Positions 18,292-27,976 of a DNA stretch of 36,074 nucleotides are shown one piece after another; position 1 is the first letter of the stretch, and the number at the start of each line of letters is the position of its first letter. The notes beneath the pieces are model-generated. The model searched no databases. It had not been told where the DNA came from and worked only from the letters and a program-made list of their open reading frames with translations. Where the stretch lies: assembly GCA_028278605.1 (NCBI GenBank), contig JANQEB010000140.1, forward strand, positions 1-36,074. Direction: 5' to 3'. The stretch comes from Candidatus Gastranaerophilales bacterium. Lineage in GTDB: Bacteria; Cyanobacteriota; Vampirovibrionia; Gastranaerophilales; UBA9971. The position numbers were made by a program, and so were the translations under genes.

Positions 18292-19091
18292 TAGGCATGC
18301 GGTCTTATATCTTCCAGAACAGAAAATTCCTGTCTTGTCCTTCTAAGCATTTCAAGGTCAATTTCCGCCATCATAACCCCTTCTTCCCCGCCGACTGAAG
18401 CCACAACTTCACCCCATGGGTTTATCACCATTGACATGCCAAGGTTCTGGCGTTTTATATTCACTCGCCCGCACTGGTTTACAGTAACCACATAAGCCAG
18501 GTTCTCAATAGCGCGGGCTTTATTAAGGGTTACCCAGTGGTCAAGCTTGGGGTAAGGAAAAGCAGCAACATTAGTGATGATTTCCGCGCCGGCAAAAGTA
18601 AGGGCCCTGTATAATTCCGGAAACCTTACATCAAAACATATGGAAAGCCCGATCTTGCCGATATCAGTTTCCACCAGCACAGCCTTACTTCCTTCTGTTA
18701 CAAATTTTGATTCCTCACTGCCATGGTAGTTAAATAAATGGACTTTCTCGTACCTGGCTATAATTTCGCCCTGCCTGTCTATTACTATTGAAGTATTTTT
18801 ACAGTCCCCGCCGGGTTTTTTTTCAACATAGCTGCCTGCGACTATGTTGGTGTTGAGTTTTTTAGCCAGTTCCATCATCAACCCGGTCGTAGGCCCGTCC
18901 GGAATATGTTCCGCAAGCGCGCAAAGGTCATTATGGTCAACACCGGAATTAAAGACCTCAGGCAGCACCACCAAGTCCGGTTTAAACCATGCGTATTGCT
19001 CAATAAAATTCCGGGCTTTTTCCAGGTTAACCTTTTTATTGCCCGGTTCAGGCCGGATTTGGACCCCTATTACTCTTGGTTTTGTATTCAT
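18264..19091 (-). CDS. Carbon-nitrogen hydrolase (nitrilase family)
   Basis: E-K-C triad: LPE, YEKVHLF, ICFDVRFPE; RAIEN. Confidence 0.92.
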   Translation of the reverse strand: MNTKPRVIGVQIRPEPGNKKVNLEKARNFIEQYAWFKPDLVVLPEVFNSGVDHNDLCALAEHIPDGPTTGLMMELAKKLNTNIVAGSYVEKKPGGDCKNTSIVIDRQGEIIARYEKVHLFNYHGSEESKFVTEGSKAVLVETDIGKIGLSICFDVRFPELYRALTFAGAEIITNVAAFPYPKLDHWVTLNKARAIENLAYVVTVNQCGRVNIKRQNLGMSMVINPWGEVVASVGGEEGVMMAEIDLEMLRRTRQEFSVLEDIRPHAYQVEISKDR

Positions 19092-19103
19092 ATTTATTAC
19101 CTT

Positions 19104-19583
19104 TTAGATTGACTTAATCATATAGACTGAACACCCGACATAACCGGTATTCCCAACCGGCCTAGAAAGTATTTCAAAGCCGTTTTTTTTATAGAACCTG
19201 ATTGCTGGTTTAAGCCTGGGCATAGTTTCCAGGTATATTTTTTCAAAACCTTCTTTTCCGGCTCCTTGTATTATTTTATCAAGAAGAGCTTTTGCAGCGC
19301 CACATCCTCTTGCCTCAGGAAGCAGGTACATTTTTTGAAGTTCACAAATTTTACTTTCCAGGGGGGCATAACCTGCACAGCCTATGATTTTATTGCTTTC
19401 CCGGTTTTCCACGACCCAAAACCTGATTTCTTCCTGTGTATATTGTGAGTATAAGTCTTTTAATCTTTGCGGGTCAGTTAAGTTCACTGATTCAAAACAT
19501 TTTTGCTCGGTCAATGTTTTCTGAATTACAACTTTAAGTTGCTCATTATCTTCGGGTAATATGTCTCTTACACAGTAATTCAT
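19104..19583 (-). CDS. GNAT-family N-acetyltransferase
   Basis: CELQKMYLLPEARGCG, YLET, AIRFYKKNGF. Confidence 0.9.
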   Translation of the reverse strand: MNYCVRDILPEDNEQLKVVIQKTLTEQKCFESVNLTDPQRLKDLYSQYTQEEIRFWVVENRESNKIIGCAGYAPLESKICELQKMYLLPEARGCGAAKALLDKIIQGAGKEGFEKIYLETMPRLKPAIRFYKKNGFEILSRPVGNTGYVGCSVYMIKSI

Positions 19584-19735
19584 ATTTACTATATTATAAT
19601 AAAATCAATGTTTTAAAAGACAGCTTTAATATGGACCGGCAAGATTTTAAAAAACAAAATGCTTTGAAGAACAGGTTTTGAGAAAAAGACCCTGCTTAAA
19701 ATCTGAGTGGTGCTTTGATATAATAAGTAGGTAAT

Positions 19736-19760
19736 AAAAAGCCGGGCGCAAAAACCCGGC
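19736..19760 (-). terminator. Intrinsic terminator after flgL
   Basis: Minus strand GCCGGG-loop-CCCGGC-TTTTT. Confidence 0.7.
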
Positions 19761-19788
19761 AATATGAGACGGTAGGTAGGATAATTAT

Positions 19789-20751
19789 TTAAATGTAATT
19801 CATTATAGAAGGCTGGATTACTCTTGCGCTGACCGCCAGGGAAGCCTGAAGGACTGTTTCCTGGAAAGTTAAATCAGATATAGCCTCTGCAAGGTCAACA
19901 TCCTGGGCGTCTGATTTTGTTTTTGTAAGGTTAATGAGGTCATCTTCGTGAATTTGCTCTGTAACATCGAGCCTCTCAAGAATTCCTCCCAGGGTTGACT
20001 GGGCCTCAAGGAGTGTTCCCAGGTCAGTATCCAGGTCGGCCAGTTTCTGGTTTATAACATCTTTATCCTGGTTTCCGGCGCGGAGCTCTTCCCTGAGGGT
20101 TACCAGCGTTTGAAGCAAGCCCTGTCCTTCCAGTGTATCAGGAGTTGCGCCATCCTTGTCGTGATCTCCCGTATAGTAATAACCAAAAACATCGTCTCCA
20201 TTGAGGTTTACATCAATAAAGACGCCCTCAGCGATTTCTATTTGTCTTGCACCGCTCCCGTCCTTTGACCCGTTATACTGAATTTCCCCTGTATTTGGCC
20301 CGTCCGTAAACGGTGCTGTACCTGTAACCTGTCCTCCAAAAATGTATTTCTGGCCGTATTTAGTGTTTGCCAGGCTTTTAACCTGTTCAATTAACTGTTC
20401 TACCTGCTCTCCTATGAGGACCATTTCATCCTCCCCGGAAGTCAGGTTTAGTGCCTGAACCGTAAGCTCCCTTGTCTTATGCACCGAGTCAAGAGTGGTT
20501 AACAATGCTTTATCAGCGGTTTCCAGCTCGGATTTTGCATTATTTATATTCGTAAGGTAAGTATTTATTTTGTTCATTGAAGCATTGGTATTTATAACAG
20601 TTGTAGCGGAAAAAACATCCTCGGAAGCCTTGTTAAATTCCTTGCCGGAAGCTATTTTTGTCTGCAAGTCCACTAACAGGTCCCTGTTTATAAAAAGGTT
20701 GTTTAGCACGCTGCTATACATATAACCACTGGTAATCCGCTGAGTATACAT
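19789..20751 (-). CDS. flgL: Flagellar hook-associated protein 3
   Basis: RIT..ASGK, ANTKYGQKYIFGG, DVDLAEAI..QPSIMNYI. Confidence 0.93.
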   Translation of the reverse strand: MYTQRITSGYMYSSVLNNLFINRDLLVDLQTKIASGKEFNKASEDVFSATTVINTNASMNKINTYLTNINNAKSELETADKALLTTLDSVHKTRELTVQALNLTSGEDEMVLIGEQVEQLIEQVKSLANTKYGQKYIFGGQVTGTAPFTDGPNTGEIQYNGSKDGSGARQIEIAEGVFIDVNLNGDDVFGYYYTGDHDKDGATPDTLEGQGLLQTLVTLREELRAGNQDKDVINQKLADLDTDLGTLLEAQSTLGGILERLDVTEQIHEDDLINLTKTKSDAQDVDLAEAISDLTFQETVLQASLAVSARVIQPSIMNYI

Positions 20752-20796
20752 ATTAAAATCCTCTTATAATGTTAATTGTACTGACTTTATTAATTT

Positions 20797-22389
20797 TTAA
20801 CTGACCATATTAATTATTGTCTTTATATTCTGGTTAACCACATCAAAAATCCTTGCAGCGGCTTCGTATGACTGCTGAAACCTGATTAAGTCGGTTATTT
20901 CCTCGTCAAGGTTAACTCCTGTTATAGATTGTCTTTTCAGATCTACCTGCTGGAAAACACTGCTTTTTATATCAAGGTTGTTTTTTATAGAGCTTGCCTT
21001 ACTTCCGATTTCTCCGGCTATATTAGCTATAAACTGCTCTGTTGTAGAATTTCCAAGTCCTGAAATAAGGATATCCCTTACCTTAGACATAAGCAGCGCG
21101 TTGCTTCCATCTCCTGTTTCGGTAAGGTCAGGAGCATCAGACGGCACAACCGGCGGAGCAGACTCAGGCGGGGAAGAGGCAGCAGCTATTTTATAAGGAT
21201 CATCAATTATATCCTGGCTAATTGTAATATTCCCTGCCGTGATGCCTGTTGTATTACCTGAATCATCCACAAAAAAGCTTGGAGGCTCAGGATCTCCGTT
21301 CGCAAAGTCAGAAAGCCGCCCGTCAATAATATATCTTGGCTCATTATCCGGATTAACGGGAGGAGACGCCGGATCAAATGTCTGTATGGAGTTAAGGGCT
21401 GATGCAAGTTCCTGTGCAATGGTATCCAGGTTATCTATTACTGATTTTACAGTTAATTCATTAGCGTCAGAGCCTCCCATTTTGAGAATAGCGCCTATTT
21501 GCCCGGAATCCAGCAGGGAATAAGCATCTGAGACAGTTGTCCCGCCCGCATCATTTTTAATTTCCACTATTGAAGGGTTATTTATGTCTCCCGCAACAAC
21601 CTCAAACGTCCCGGCCAGCTCTGCCCCGCTTACAAGGTTAATATTGCTTATGGACAGAGTTGCTGAACCGTTTTCATGATAGGTTACTTCAACCGGAATT
21701 AAGCTTGAAATTTCATCAATAAGTATGTCTCTCTGGTCAAGCAGGTAATTAGGAGCATTCCCCTGAGAAGACGATATTACAATAGCATCATTCAGGTCAG
21801 CTACAGAGCTTAGCTTGTTATTAAGGTCTTCTATAGCTGTATTTAGTTTACTGATTTCAATTGAGGAAGGATTGGTATAATCCCCCACGAGACTGACTCT
21901 TAAATCGTTCAGCCTCTCATAAGTGGAATTAAGATTTGTTGTTAATTCCAGCGCTTTTTGCACAACGTTATTTCTGGTAACAATATCTTCAGGGCCCAAC
22001 GCTAACTGGTTTAGCGCATCGTAAAATTCCGCGAGTGACTGGTTAATGCCCACACCGTCCAGTTCACTGGTTATATCTTCAATTAAATCAGAATTCGTAC
22101 TTAATTCTTTATAATAATTAAGCTGGGAATTTTCACTTCTGTACAAGTTGTCAAGGTAAATATCCCTGTTTCTGGAAATATCGCTTATAACCGCACCCAG
22201 CATATCATAAACTTCTTGTTGAGGGTTAGTTGATATATCGCCGCTTGTTAATTGTGATATTTCCAGCCGCTGCTTACTGTAGCCCTTGGTGTTCATATTT
22301 GCTATGTTGCTGTTTATCAGGTCAATTGCAGCCTGGTTTAAAGATAACGACCTTTGTGCACTGTATATACTGGATAGGGTTCCTCCCAT
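20797..22389 (-). CDS. flgK: Flagellar hook-associated protein 1
   Basis: NIANMNTKGYSKQ, LLDQRD, GVNLDEE..FQQSYEAAA. Confidence 0.95.
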   Translation of the reverse strand: MGGTLSSIYSAQRSLSLNQAAIDLINSNIANMNTKGYSKQRLEISQLTSGDISTNPQQEVYDMLGAVISDISRNRDIYLDNLYRSENSQLNYYKELSTNSDLIEDITSELDGVGINQSLAEFYDALNQLALGPEDIVTRNNVVQKALELTTNLNSTYERLNDLRVSLVGDYTNPSSIEISKLNTAIEDLNNKLSSVADLNDAIVISSSQGNAPNYLLDQRDILIDEISSLIPVEVTYHENGSATLSISNINLVSGAELAGTFEVVAGDINNPSIVEIKNDAGGTTVSDAYSLLDSGQIGAILKMGGSDANELTVKSVIDNLDTIAQELASALNSIQTFDPASPPVNPDNEPRYIIDGRLSDFANGDPEPPSFFVDDSGNTTGITAGNITISQDIIDDPYKIAAASSPPESAPPVVPSDAPDLTETGDGSNALLMSKVRDILISGLGNSTTEQFIANIAGEIGSKASSIKNNLDIKSSVFQQVDLKRQSITGVNLDEEITDLIRFQQSYEAAARIFDVVNQNIKTIINMVS

Positions 22390-22424
22390 TTTTTTCTCCC
22401 CTTATTTAATTAATTAATTTTTAT

Positions 22425-22907
22425 TTAAGCTTCGTGAACAATTGAGCTTATTGTTTGTGCGCTTTCATCTTTTATGACCTTACCCCTGCTGTTATAAGAG
22501 GAATTTTCAGGCACCAGCACGTTTACTATTGACGTAATGGAGCTCTCGATTATTTTCAGGGAATGTTTTATAAGCTCAGCGCTATGATAGTTTTGTTTTT
22601 GAGTGTTTTTAAGGACTTCATTCAGTTTATCCTTTAATTTTTCTATATCCTGAGCCTTTTTTTTCTCTTCAATTGTTTCAATAATCTCGGAAAGGGTTTT
22701 TTTATCAGGATAGAGCTGTAATCTTTTTTCCTCCAGCTCTTCCAGTGCGCAATTGTATTTTTCCAGCTCGCAGTCAACTTTCATGACGCCTTCTATATCC
22801 CCTTTAATAAGGTATTCTTTTTTATGGCCGATATATTGCTCAAGTTTTGAGCAAGCATCTATTTCCTGTTCCAGTATTTTTTCAAGTTCCAGTATTTCTT
22901 TTTGCAT
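22425..22907 (-). CDS. flgN: Flagellar export chaperone FlgN
   Basis: Helical 160-aa protein with C-terminal Y...G motif, directly upstream of flgK. Confidence 0.8.
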   Translation of the reverse strand: MQKEILELEKILEQEIDACSKLEQYIGHKKEYLIKGDIEGVMKVDCELEKYNCALEELEEKRLQLYPDKKTLSEIIETIEEKKKAQDIEKLKDKLNEVLKNTQKQNYHSAELIKHSLKIIESSITSIVNVLVPENSSYNSRGKVIKDESAQTISSIVHEA

Positions 22908-22930
22908 TGCCCTTAAAAACCTCCCGTTTT

Positions 22931-23269
22931 TTAAGCTGTATAGTCAGCTAAAAGACTTGTCCCATACTTTAAAGCCTCTTCTATTTCCTGGTCTTCAATA
23001 TCAGTTATGTTATATTTATTTGCAAATTCCCTGATTTCGCTTATGTATGGGTCTTTGCGTTCCTGAACCCGCTTCATGGTTTCATGGGGGTCTGAAACAG
23101 CTTCTTTATTTATATTTTTTAAGGAAATTGAAACTTTTACATCCTCTTGCTGAGGTAGTTTTCCGGTTTTTTGAGATTCCTCAATATTTTTAATAGTCTT
23201 CTGAAAGGCATTTTGAGCCCTTAATACCTGTAAGCTATTCTCCTGAAAACCAATACCACTAATTGCCAT
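22931..23269 (-). CDS. Hypothetical protein, possible divergent anti-sigma28 factor FlgM
   Basis: Sits in the flgM position before flgN; 112 aa; has a DVKVSIS motif. Confidence 0.5.
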   Translation of the reverse strand: MAISGIGFQENSLQVLRAQNAFQKTIKNIEESQKTGKLPQQEDVKVSISLKNINKEAVSDPHETMKRVQERKDPYISEIREFANKYNITDIEDQEIEEALKYGTSLLADYTA

Positions 23270-23281
23270 ATTCTTTGACCC

Positions 23282-23605
23282 CTATACCAAATCTTTCATC
23301 TGTTCATAAACCTGTTTTGCAAAACCAAATGAAGTTTCCGGGCTGGAAGCAATGTTTTTTGCGATTTCGTCGTAAAACATTGACCTGAACATTTCTTCGC
23401 CCCTGCCGCCTGAGAACATACCGTCCCTTTCAATAGTCGCGTCCATCGACTTAAAAAACTGGTTAATAAAGACAGCTTCAAACTGGGATGCGGCTTCCAT
23501 CAGCTGTTTGTCGGTTTTATTGCTGAAATTAATGCCTGAGAGCTTGTCAATCCTGTTCTGGGCTGAATTTATATCTATTTGCTGCTGTGCATTTGGTTCT
23601 ATCAT
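23282..23605 (-). CDS. flgJ: FlgJ rod-binding domain only
   Basis: LMEAASQFEAVF..M, EEMFRSM.DEIA, GFA..VYEQM; no muramidase domain. Confidence 0.85.
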   Translation of the reverse strand: MIEPNAQQQIDINSAQNRIDKLSGINFSNKTDKQLMEAASQFEAVFINQFFKSMDATIERDGMFSGGRGEEMFRSMFYDEIAKNIASSPETSFGFAKQVYEQMKDLV

Positions 23606-23625
23606 TTTTGTTTTCCTTTTCCCGT

Positions 23626-23700
23626 GTCATTCCTGGTTTTTTCGTCATTCCGAGATATTTCACAGAGGCTGTGCCGAGCGAAACAAAGTGCTCAGGATGA
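23626..23700. repeat. Degenerate REP-like element between flgI and flgJ
   Basis: GTCATTCC..CGTCATTCCGAG...CTCAGGATGA. Confidence 0.65.
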
Positions 23701-23712
23701 AAACATGTATAG

Positions 23713-24816
23713 TTAAATAATTTCCAGCTGTGCCTGAAGGCTTCCGGCTGCTTTAAGGGCCTGAAGTATTGATATAAGGTCATAAGGTGTTACCCCAATG
23801 GAGTTTAACGCCCTTACCAGCTCGCTTAAGTTAGCGTTTGGAGCAACTTCTACCAGCCTGCCCTCTTCTTCAACCACTTCAATTTCTGAGTTGACTACAG
23901 GTAAAGTTTCTCCAACCGTTGCAAATTCAGTAGGCTGGGAAATCTCGTTGGTAGTCCTTACGGTAACACTGAGGTTTCCGTGTGCAACAGCTGCCGGCAG
24001 GAGTTTTACATTGTTACCTATGACTATAGTGCCTGTTCTTTCATTAATTACAACTTTTGCTATAGAATCAGCACTGCGTAGAGTCAAATTTTCCAGTATT
24101 GATACAAATTTTATCCTGTCATCATTGAATTTTGGCGGTATTACAATTCTGATTGCACTGCCGTCTATTGCTTTTGCCGGCGCAATTTTGTCATTTACAG
24201 TTTCAGCAATTCTTGCTGCCATTGTGAAGTCCGGTCTATGCAGAACCAGCTTAAGCCCTAACTCATCGCCTATGTCTGAAGTTATATCCCTTTCAATGAT
24301 CGCACCGTTAGGAATTCTTCCTGAAGTTACTATGCTTGTCCTTACAGAGCTTCCGCCTGCTGATGCACTTGTCCCGCCTACGCTAATAGGTCCCTGGGCT
24401 ACGGCAACAACTTCTCCATTGGGCGCCATCATATGTGTCTGGATAAGTATACCGCCCTCAAGACTTGAAGCATCAGCCATTGAAGAGACAGTAACATCGA
24501 TTCTGTCGCCGTTACGGGCAAAAGGCGGGGCCATTGCCGTAACTATTACTGCGGCAGTGTTGCCATTCTTGATATCATTAGGAGAATCTATAACAGTACC
24601 AAGGTTTTTCAATAATGAAATATTAGTAATCTGTGTTGATCTACTGTTATCGCCTGTTCTAGGAAGGCCAACAACAACGCCATAGCCGACAAGCTGGTTT
24701 TCGCGGATGCCGTCAATATGTGTAACGTCTTTTATACGTACTTTGTTGGCATAAGCCGGCATATAGCCTGAGTTAAAGACCATTAAAAGTGATAAAATTA
24801 AAATTAGCTTTTTCAT
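23713..24816 (-). CDS. flgI: Flagellar P-ring protein
   Basis: RIKD..GIRENQLVGYGVVVGL, AQGP, VVINERTGTIVIG, ALKAAGSL. Confidence 0.96.
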   Translation of the reverse strand: MKKLILILSLLMVFNSGYMPAYANKVRIKDVTHIDGIRENQLVGYGVVVGLPRTGDNSRSTQITNISLLKNLGTVIDSPNDIKNGNTAAVIVTAMAPPFARNGDRIDVTVSSMADASSLEGGILIQTHMMAPNGEVVAVAQGPISVGGTSASAGGSSVRTSIVTSGRIPNGAIIERDITSDIGDELGLKLVLHRPDFTMAARIAETVNDKIAPAKAIDGSAIRIVIPPKFNDDRIKFVSILENLTLRSADSIAKVVINERTGTIVIGNNVKLLPAAVAHGNLSVTVRTTNEISQPTEFATVGETLPVVNSEIEVVEEEGRLVEVAPNANLSELVRALNSIGVTPYDLISILQALKAAGSLQAQLEII

Positions 24817-24876
24817 CCTGTATATCCGTCCCCTTTTTTACCTGATTGTCATTAATTTATATCCAAAAGCATCTTT

Positions 24877-25527
24877 CTAGAAAATATATCCAAATATCCT
24901 GTTAATTAAGCCTTCTGAGTCATGCCTTGATACTGTCCCGTTTCCGACGACTGCCAGCTGGAAGTTAGCGATGTTTGTAGACTGTACAGTACCTGCATTG
25001 GTAATAAAGCGGGGGTCAACTATTCCGCTTAGTATTACCTGTGTTTTTTCCCCGGCATTTATAGCAAGCTTCTTGCCCTGTATAACAAGGTTTCCGTTCG
25101 GCAAAACCTGTACAACCTGGGCTGTCATTGTATCTGTAATCTGAATGGTTCTTTCGGCGTTGGCCTGGTTTTGTGTAGTGGAAGCCCCCCCAAAGTCGTC
25201 CATATTGGGGATATCAACCCTTATACCTTCTCTGGCGCTGCTGAAAAGGTCATTTATTATTGTGCTAAAACTATCCTCCAGGCTGGAGTTAGAGTTTACA
25301 TTGAGAGAAAGGTCGTTTGTTATCTGTGCATCCTCGCTTATAACAACGGTTATAACATCCCCGATGGTTTTTGCGCGGACTGTGCTAAAAAGCGATTTTG
25401 GCTGCATTGGGTACACTGCCTGGGAAACTCCTGCTTGAAATAGAGATTCTGCTGATACACCCTGGCTTATTAGTGTTAGTGCTGCTAAGTATATTAATAT
25501 TTGTGATGATTTTTTGCTTTTAATCAT
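24877..25527 (-). CDS. flgH: Flagellar L-ring protein
   Basis: A..IGDVITV.I.E, VVQVLPNGNL.I.G.K, SGIVDP, IAN. Confidence 0.92.
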   Translation of the reverse strand: MIKSKKSSQILIYLAALTLISQGVSAESLFQAGVSQAVYPMQPKSLFSTVRAKTIGDVITVVISEDAQITNDLSLNVNSNSSLEDSFSTIINDLFSSAREGIRVDIPNMDDFGGASTTQNQANAERTIQITDTMTAQVVQVLPNGNLVIQGKKLAINAGEKTQVILSGIVDPRFITNAGTVQSTNIANFQLAVVGNGTVSRHDSEGLINRIFGYIF

Positions 25528-25558
25528 TGTTTATCTCTCCTACCTTTGTCTTTTACCC

Positions 25559-26263
25559 CTAAATGTTTACTAAAACCAGGTTCTTGCCTATGATTTTACC
25601 TGTATAGTTTTTTTTGAACTTTTTACTTTTTACTTTTATAAAATCCCCGGTTTTACCGCTGGTAACTGCTGTACACGGAATTGTAACAGACACTGAGGGT
25701 GTTTTGAATATGACTGAGACCGGGCTGTTCCTGACTATTGTCGGAAGCGCCTGAATATCGTTGAGTTCTATGACTTCTCCGGGCTTAATATTTCTTCTTG
25801 CCATATACTGAGCAGGTTTGAAGTTCCTTCCCGGTAGTTTGGCCGGAGATAGAGTAATCTCCTGTTTTTCCTTTTTAAGGCTAGTCAGGGTTTCACCGCG
25901 TTTTATCCAGTCCCTGGCCACCCAGACACTGTCTTTAATAATTGTTATTTCGGCTCTTACACCAAAAGTTTTAACCTTTTTATTATTTACGTAAATACCT
26001 GCTTTTACGATTGATACTGTACTTAAGCTATTGATATTAGTCTTTATTTCGATTTTACCGTCAGGGATTTCTACTGTTTTATAGGGTATTGATTTGATAT
26101 TAACTTCTATATTGCCTTCATATTTATCTTTCAGGTTTTCAATAATGCTGTTTTTAACCTGTTCAGAGATAAATTGAGAATTCAAAACAGTGCTGTATGC
26201 CCCCGGATTGAATCCAAGAAGCATAATTGTTGAAAAAATGACTATGTTAAATAGTTTTCTCAA
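25559..26263 (-). CDS. flgA: Flagellar P-ring formation chaperone
   Basis: SAF-like VARDWIKRGE, G..GDFIKVK; TTG start with AAGGAG RBS; position between flgG and flgH. Confidence 0.85.
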   Translation of the reverse strand: MRKLFNIVIFSTIMLLGFNPGAYSTVLNSQFISEQVKNSIIENLKDKYEGNIEVNIKSIPYKTVEIPDGKIEIKTNINSLSTVSIVKAGIYVNNKKVKTFGVRAEITIIKDSVWVARDWIKRGETLTSLKKEKQEITLSPAKLPGRNFKPAQYMARRNIKPGEVIELNDIQALPTIVRNSPVSVIFKTPSVSVTIPCTAVTSGKTGDFIKVKSKKFKKNYTGKIIGKNLVLVNI

Positions 26264-26282
26264 TTTGTCTTCTCCTTTTTAT

Positions 26283-26344
26283 CGTCATCCTCAGCAAAGC
26301 GAAGGTTCTCAGAGATTTTTCAGGGATAACCCCCTCAGAATGAC
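26283..26344. repeat. REP-like element between flgG and flgA
   Basis: CGTCATCCTCAGCAAAGCGAAGG...CTCAGAATGAC. Confidence 0.75.
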
Positions 26345-26361
26345 CAAAGTGATGTTAGCTA

Positions 26362-27147
26362 TTAACTCATGCGGTTAAGGATCTGGAGCAGGTTGTTTGA
26401 AGAGCTTATCAACTTGGAATTAGACTCAAAAGCACGTTCTGCCTGAATAAGATTAATTAATTCCTCTACCACATGGACATTTGAACCTTCCAGGAACCCC
26501 TGCTGAATTGAACCTAAACCATCCTGGCCCGGTTGGCTCTCAATAGGATTGCCGGAAGCTGAAGTTTCCGTATAAAGGTTTTTACCGATAGAGCTCAGGC
26601 CTGAGGGGTTTGGGAATTTAGTCAGGGTTAGTGCGCCTATTTCTGTCTGGGCTGGCTCGCCTGCTACCAGTACAGAAACTCTTCCGTCAGGTGTTACTGC
26701 TACTTCTGTTGCATCTATAGGAATAGCAACCTGAGGCTGGACTATCAACCCGTCACTGGTCGTTAATTGACCGTTTGAGTCAACTTTAAAGCTGCCGTCG
26801 CGTGTATATGCCGTTGAACCGTCATCGAGCAATACCTGGAAAAATCCGTCGCCTTCAATAGCAAGGTCAAAAGTTCCGCCTGTAGTCTTTAACACGCCTT
26901 CGCTAAACTCTTTCATTGTAGCTGATGGTTTTGTGCCGAGGCCTATCTGGATTCCCACGGGCTGTGTTGTACCCTGGAAAATCTGCGCGCCTGCCGGTTT
27001 TATTGTCTGCGACAATAAGTCCTGAAACTCGGCCCTTACTTTTTTATAACCTGATGTATTTACGTTGGCCAGGTTGTTTGATATTACGTCAATGTTTAGC
27101 TGTTGGGCTAACATCCCTGTTGCTGCTGTACTTAAAGACCTTAACAT
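26362..27147 (-). CDS. flgG: Flagellar distal rod protein
   Basis: SNNLANVNTSGYKK.RAEFQDLL, DLAIEGDGFF, YTRDGSF, LEGSNV. Confidence 0.95.
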   Translation of the reverse strand: MLRSLSTAATGMLAQQLNIDVISNNLANVNTSGYKKVRAEFQDLLSQTIKPAGAQIFQGTTQPVGIQIGLGTKPSATMKEFSEGVLKTTGGTFDLAIEGDGFFQVLLDDGSTAYTRDGSFKVDSNGQLTTSDGLIVQPQVAIPIDATEVAVTPDGRVSVLVAGEPAQTEIGALTLTKFPNPSGLSSIGKNLYTETSASGNPIESQPGQDGLGSIQQGFLEGSNVHVVEELINLIQAERAFESNSKLISSSNNLLQILNRMS

Positions 27148-27187
27148 AAATTTCCTCCGCGTCTATCCTATTAATAAGCCTGATTTA

Positions 27188-27952
27188 TTACGTTGAAACC
27201 GTTCCCACTTCTGTAACTGTTTTTCTAAGTGTTCCATCACTGTCTCTTATTACTTTTGAAAGCACTTCATAAGTTCTTGAGCCTGTTATTGAGTCAATCA
27301 TGCTTTTTACAACGTTTGCATTTGAGGACTCAAGGTATCCCTGGGCGACATTGGGCCTTTCCATTTCTTCAGGTTTTGAACCCGGGTCGGTATTTTTAAA
27401 AAGACTGTGCCCGAAAGCTTTTAGCTTTGAAGCATCCTCAAAGTTGACTATTTTCAACTTTCCGATCTCTTCATTTCCGTACATTAGCCTGCCGTCTTCT
27501 GCTATGCACAGTTTAGACAGGTTTTGCTCAATGCTGATATTGATTTCACCCCCACTTTCTGATAGGACCTTATCCCCGGTTTTTGTTACTAAATCACCGT
27601 CTTCATTCAGGGTAAAATTGCCGTTTCTGGTATAAAATTCTCCGAGGCTGTTTTCTACAACGAAAAAGCCTTCGCCATTTATTGCAACATCAAGTGTTCT
27701 ATTTGTTTTTTTAAGGGAACCCTGACTAAAATCAAGGCTGGTAGTATCTATCATACTTCCAAGACTTAAGCTGCCTTTTGGAGCTATGTTTTGCCCTTGT
27801 GCGGGAATTTCCGCTTCCTCTATATTCCTGAAAGTAGGTATTAACTGTTTAAATGCAATAGTATTAACATTTGCCAGATTATTGGCAATGATATCGTTCT
27901 GGTCAATTATGCTTGCCATTCCTATTGCTGCTGTATCAATACCCTGAAGCAT
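27188..27952 (-). CDS. flgF: Flagellar basal-body rod protein (FlgF-like)
   Basis: ANNLANVNT, DVAINGEGFF, YTRNGNF, QGYLESSN; upstream of flgG. Confidence 0.85.
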   Translation of the reverse strand: MLQGIDTAAIGMASIIDQNDIIANNLANVNTIAFKQLIPTFRNIEEAEIPAQGQNIAPKGSLSLGSMIDTTSLDFSQGSLKKTNRTLDVAINGEGFFVVENSLGEFYTRNGNFTLNEDGDLVTKTGDKVLSESGGEINISIEQNLSKLCIAEDGRLMYGNEEIGKLKIVNFEDASKLKAFGHSLFKNTDPGSKPEEMERPNVAQGYLESSNANVVKSMIDSITGSRTYEVLSKVIRDSDGTLRKTVTEVGTVST

Positions 27953-27976
27953 TTTTACCTCCTGATTTGCCGGATA

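Noticed and set aside
23798-24685. 295-aa plus-strand ORF
   Set aside because: Antisense to flgI with no recognisable motifs.
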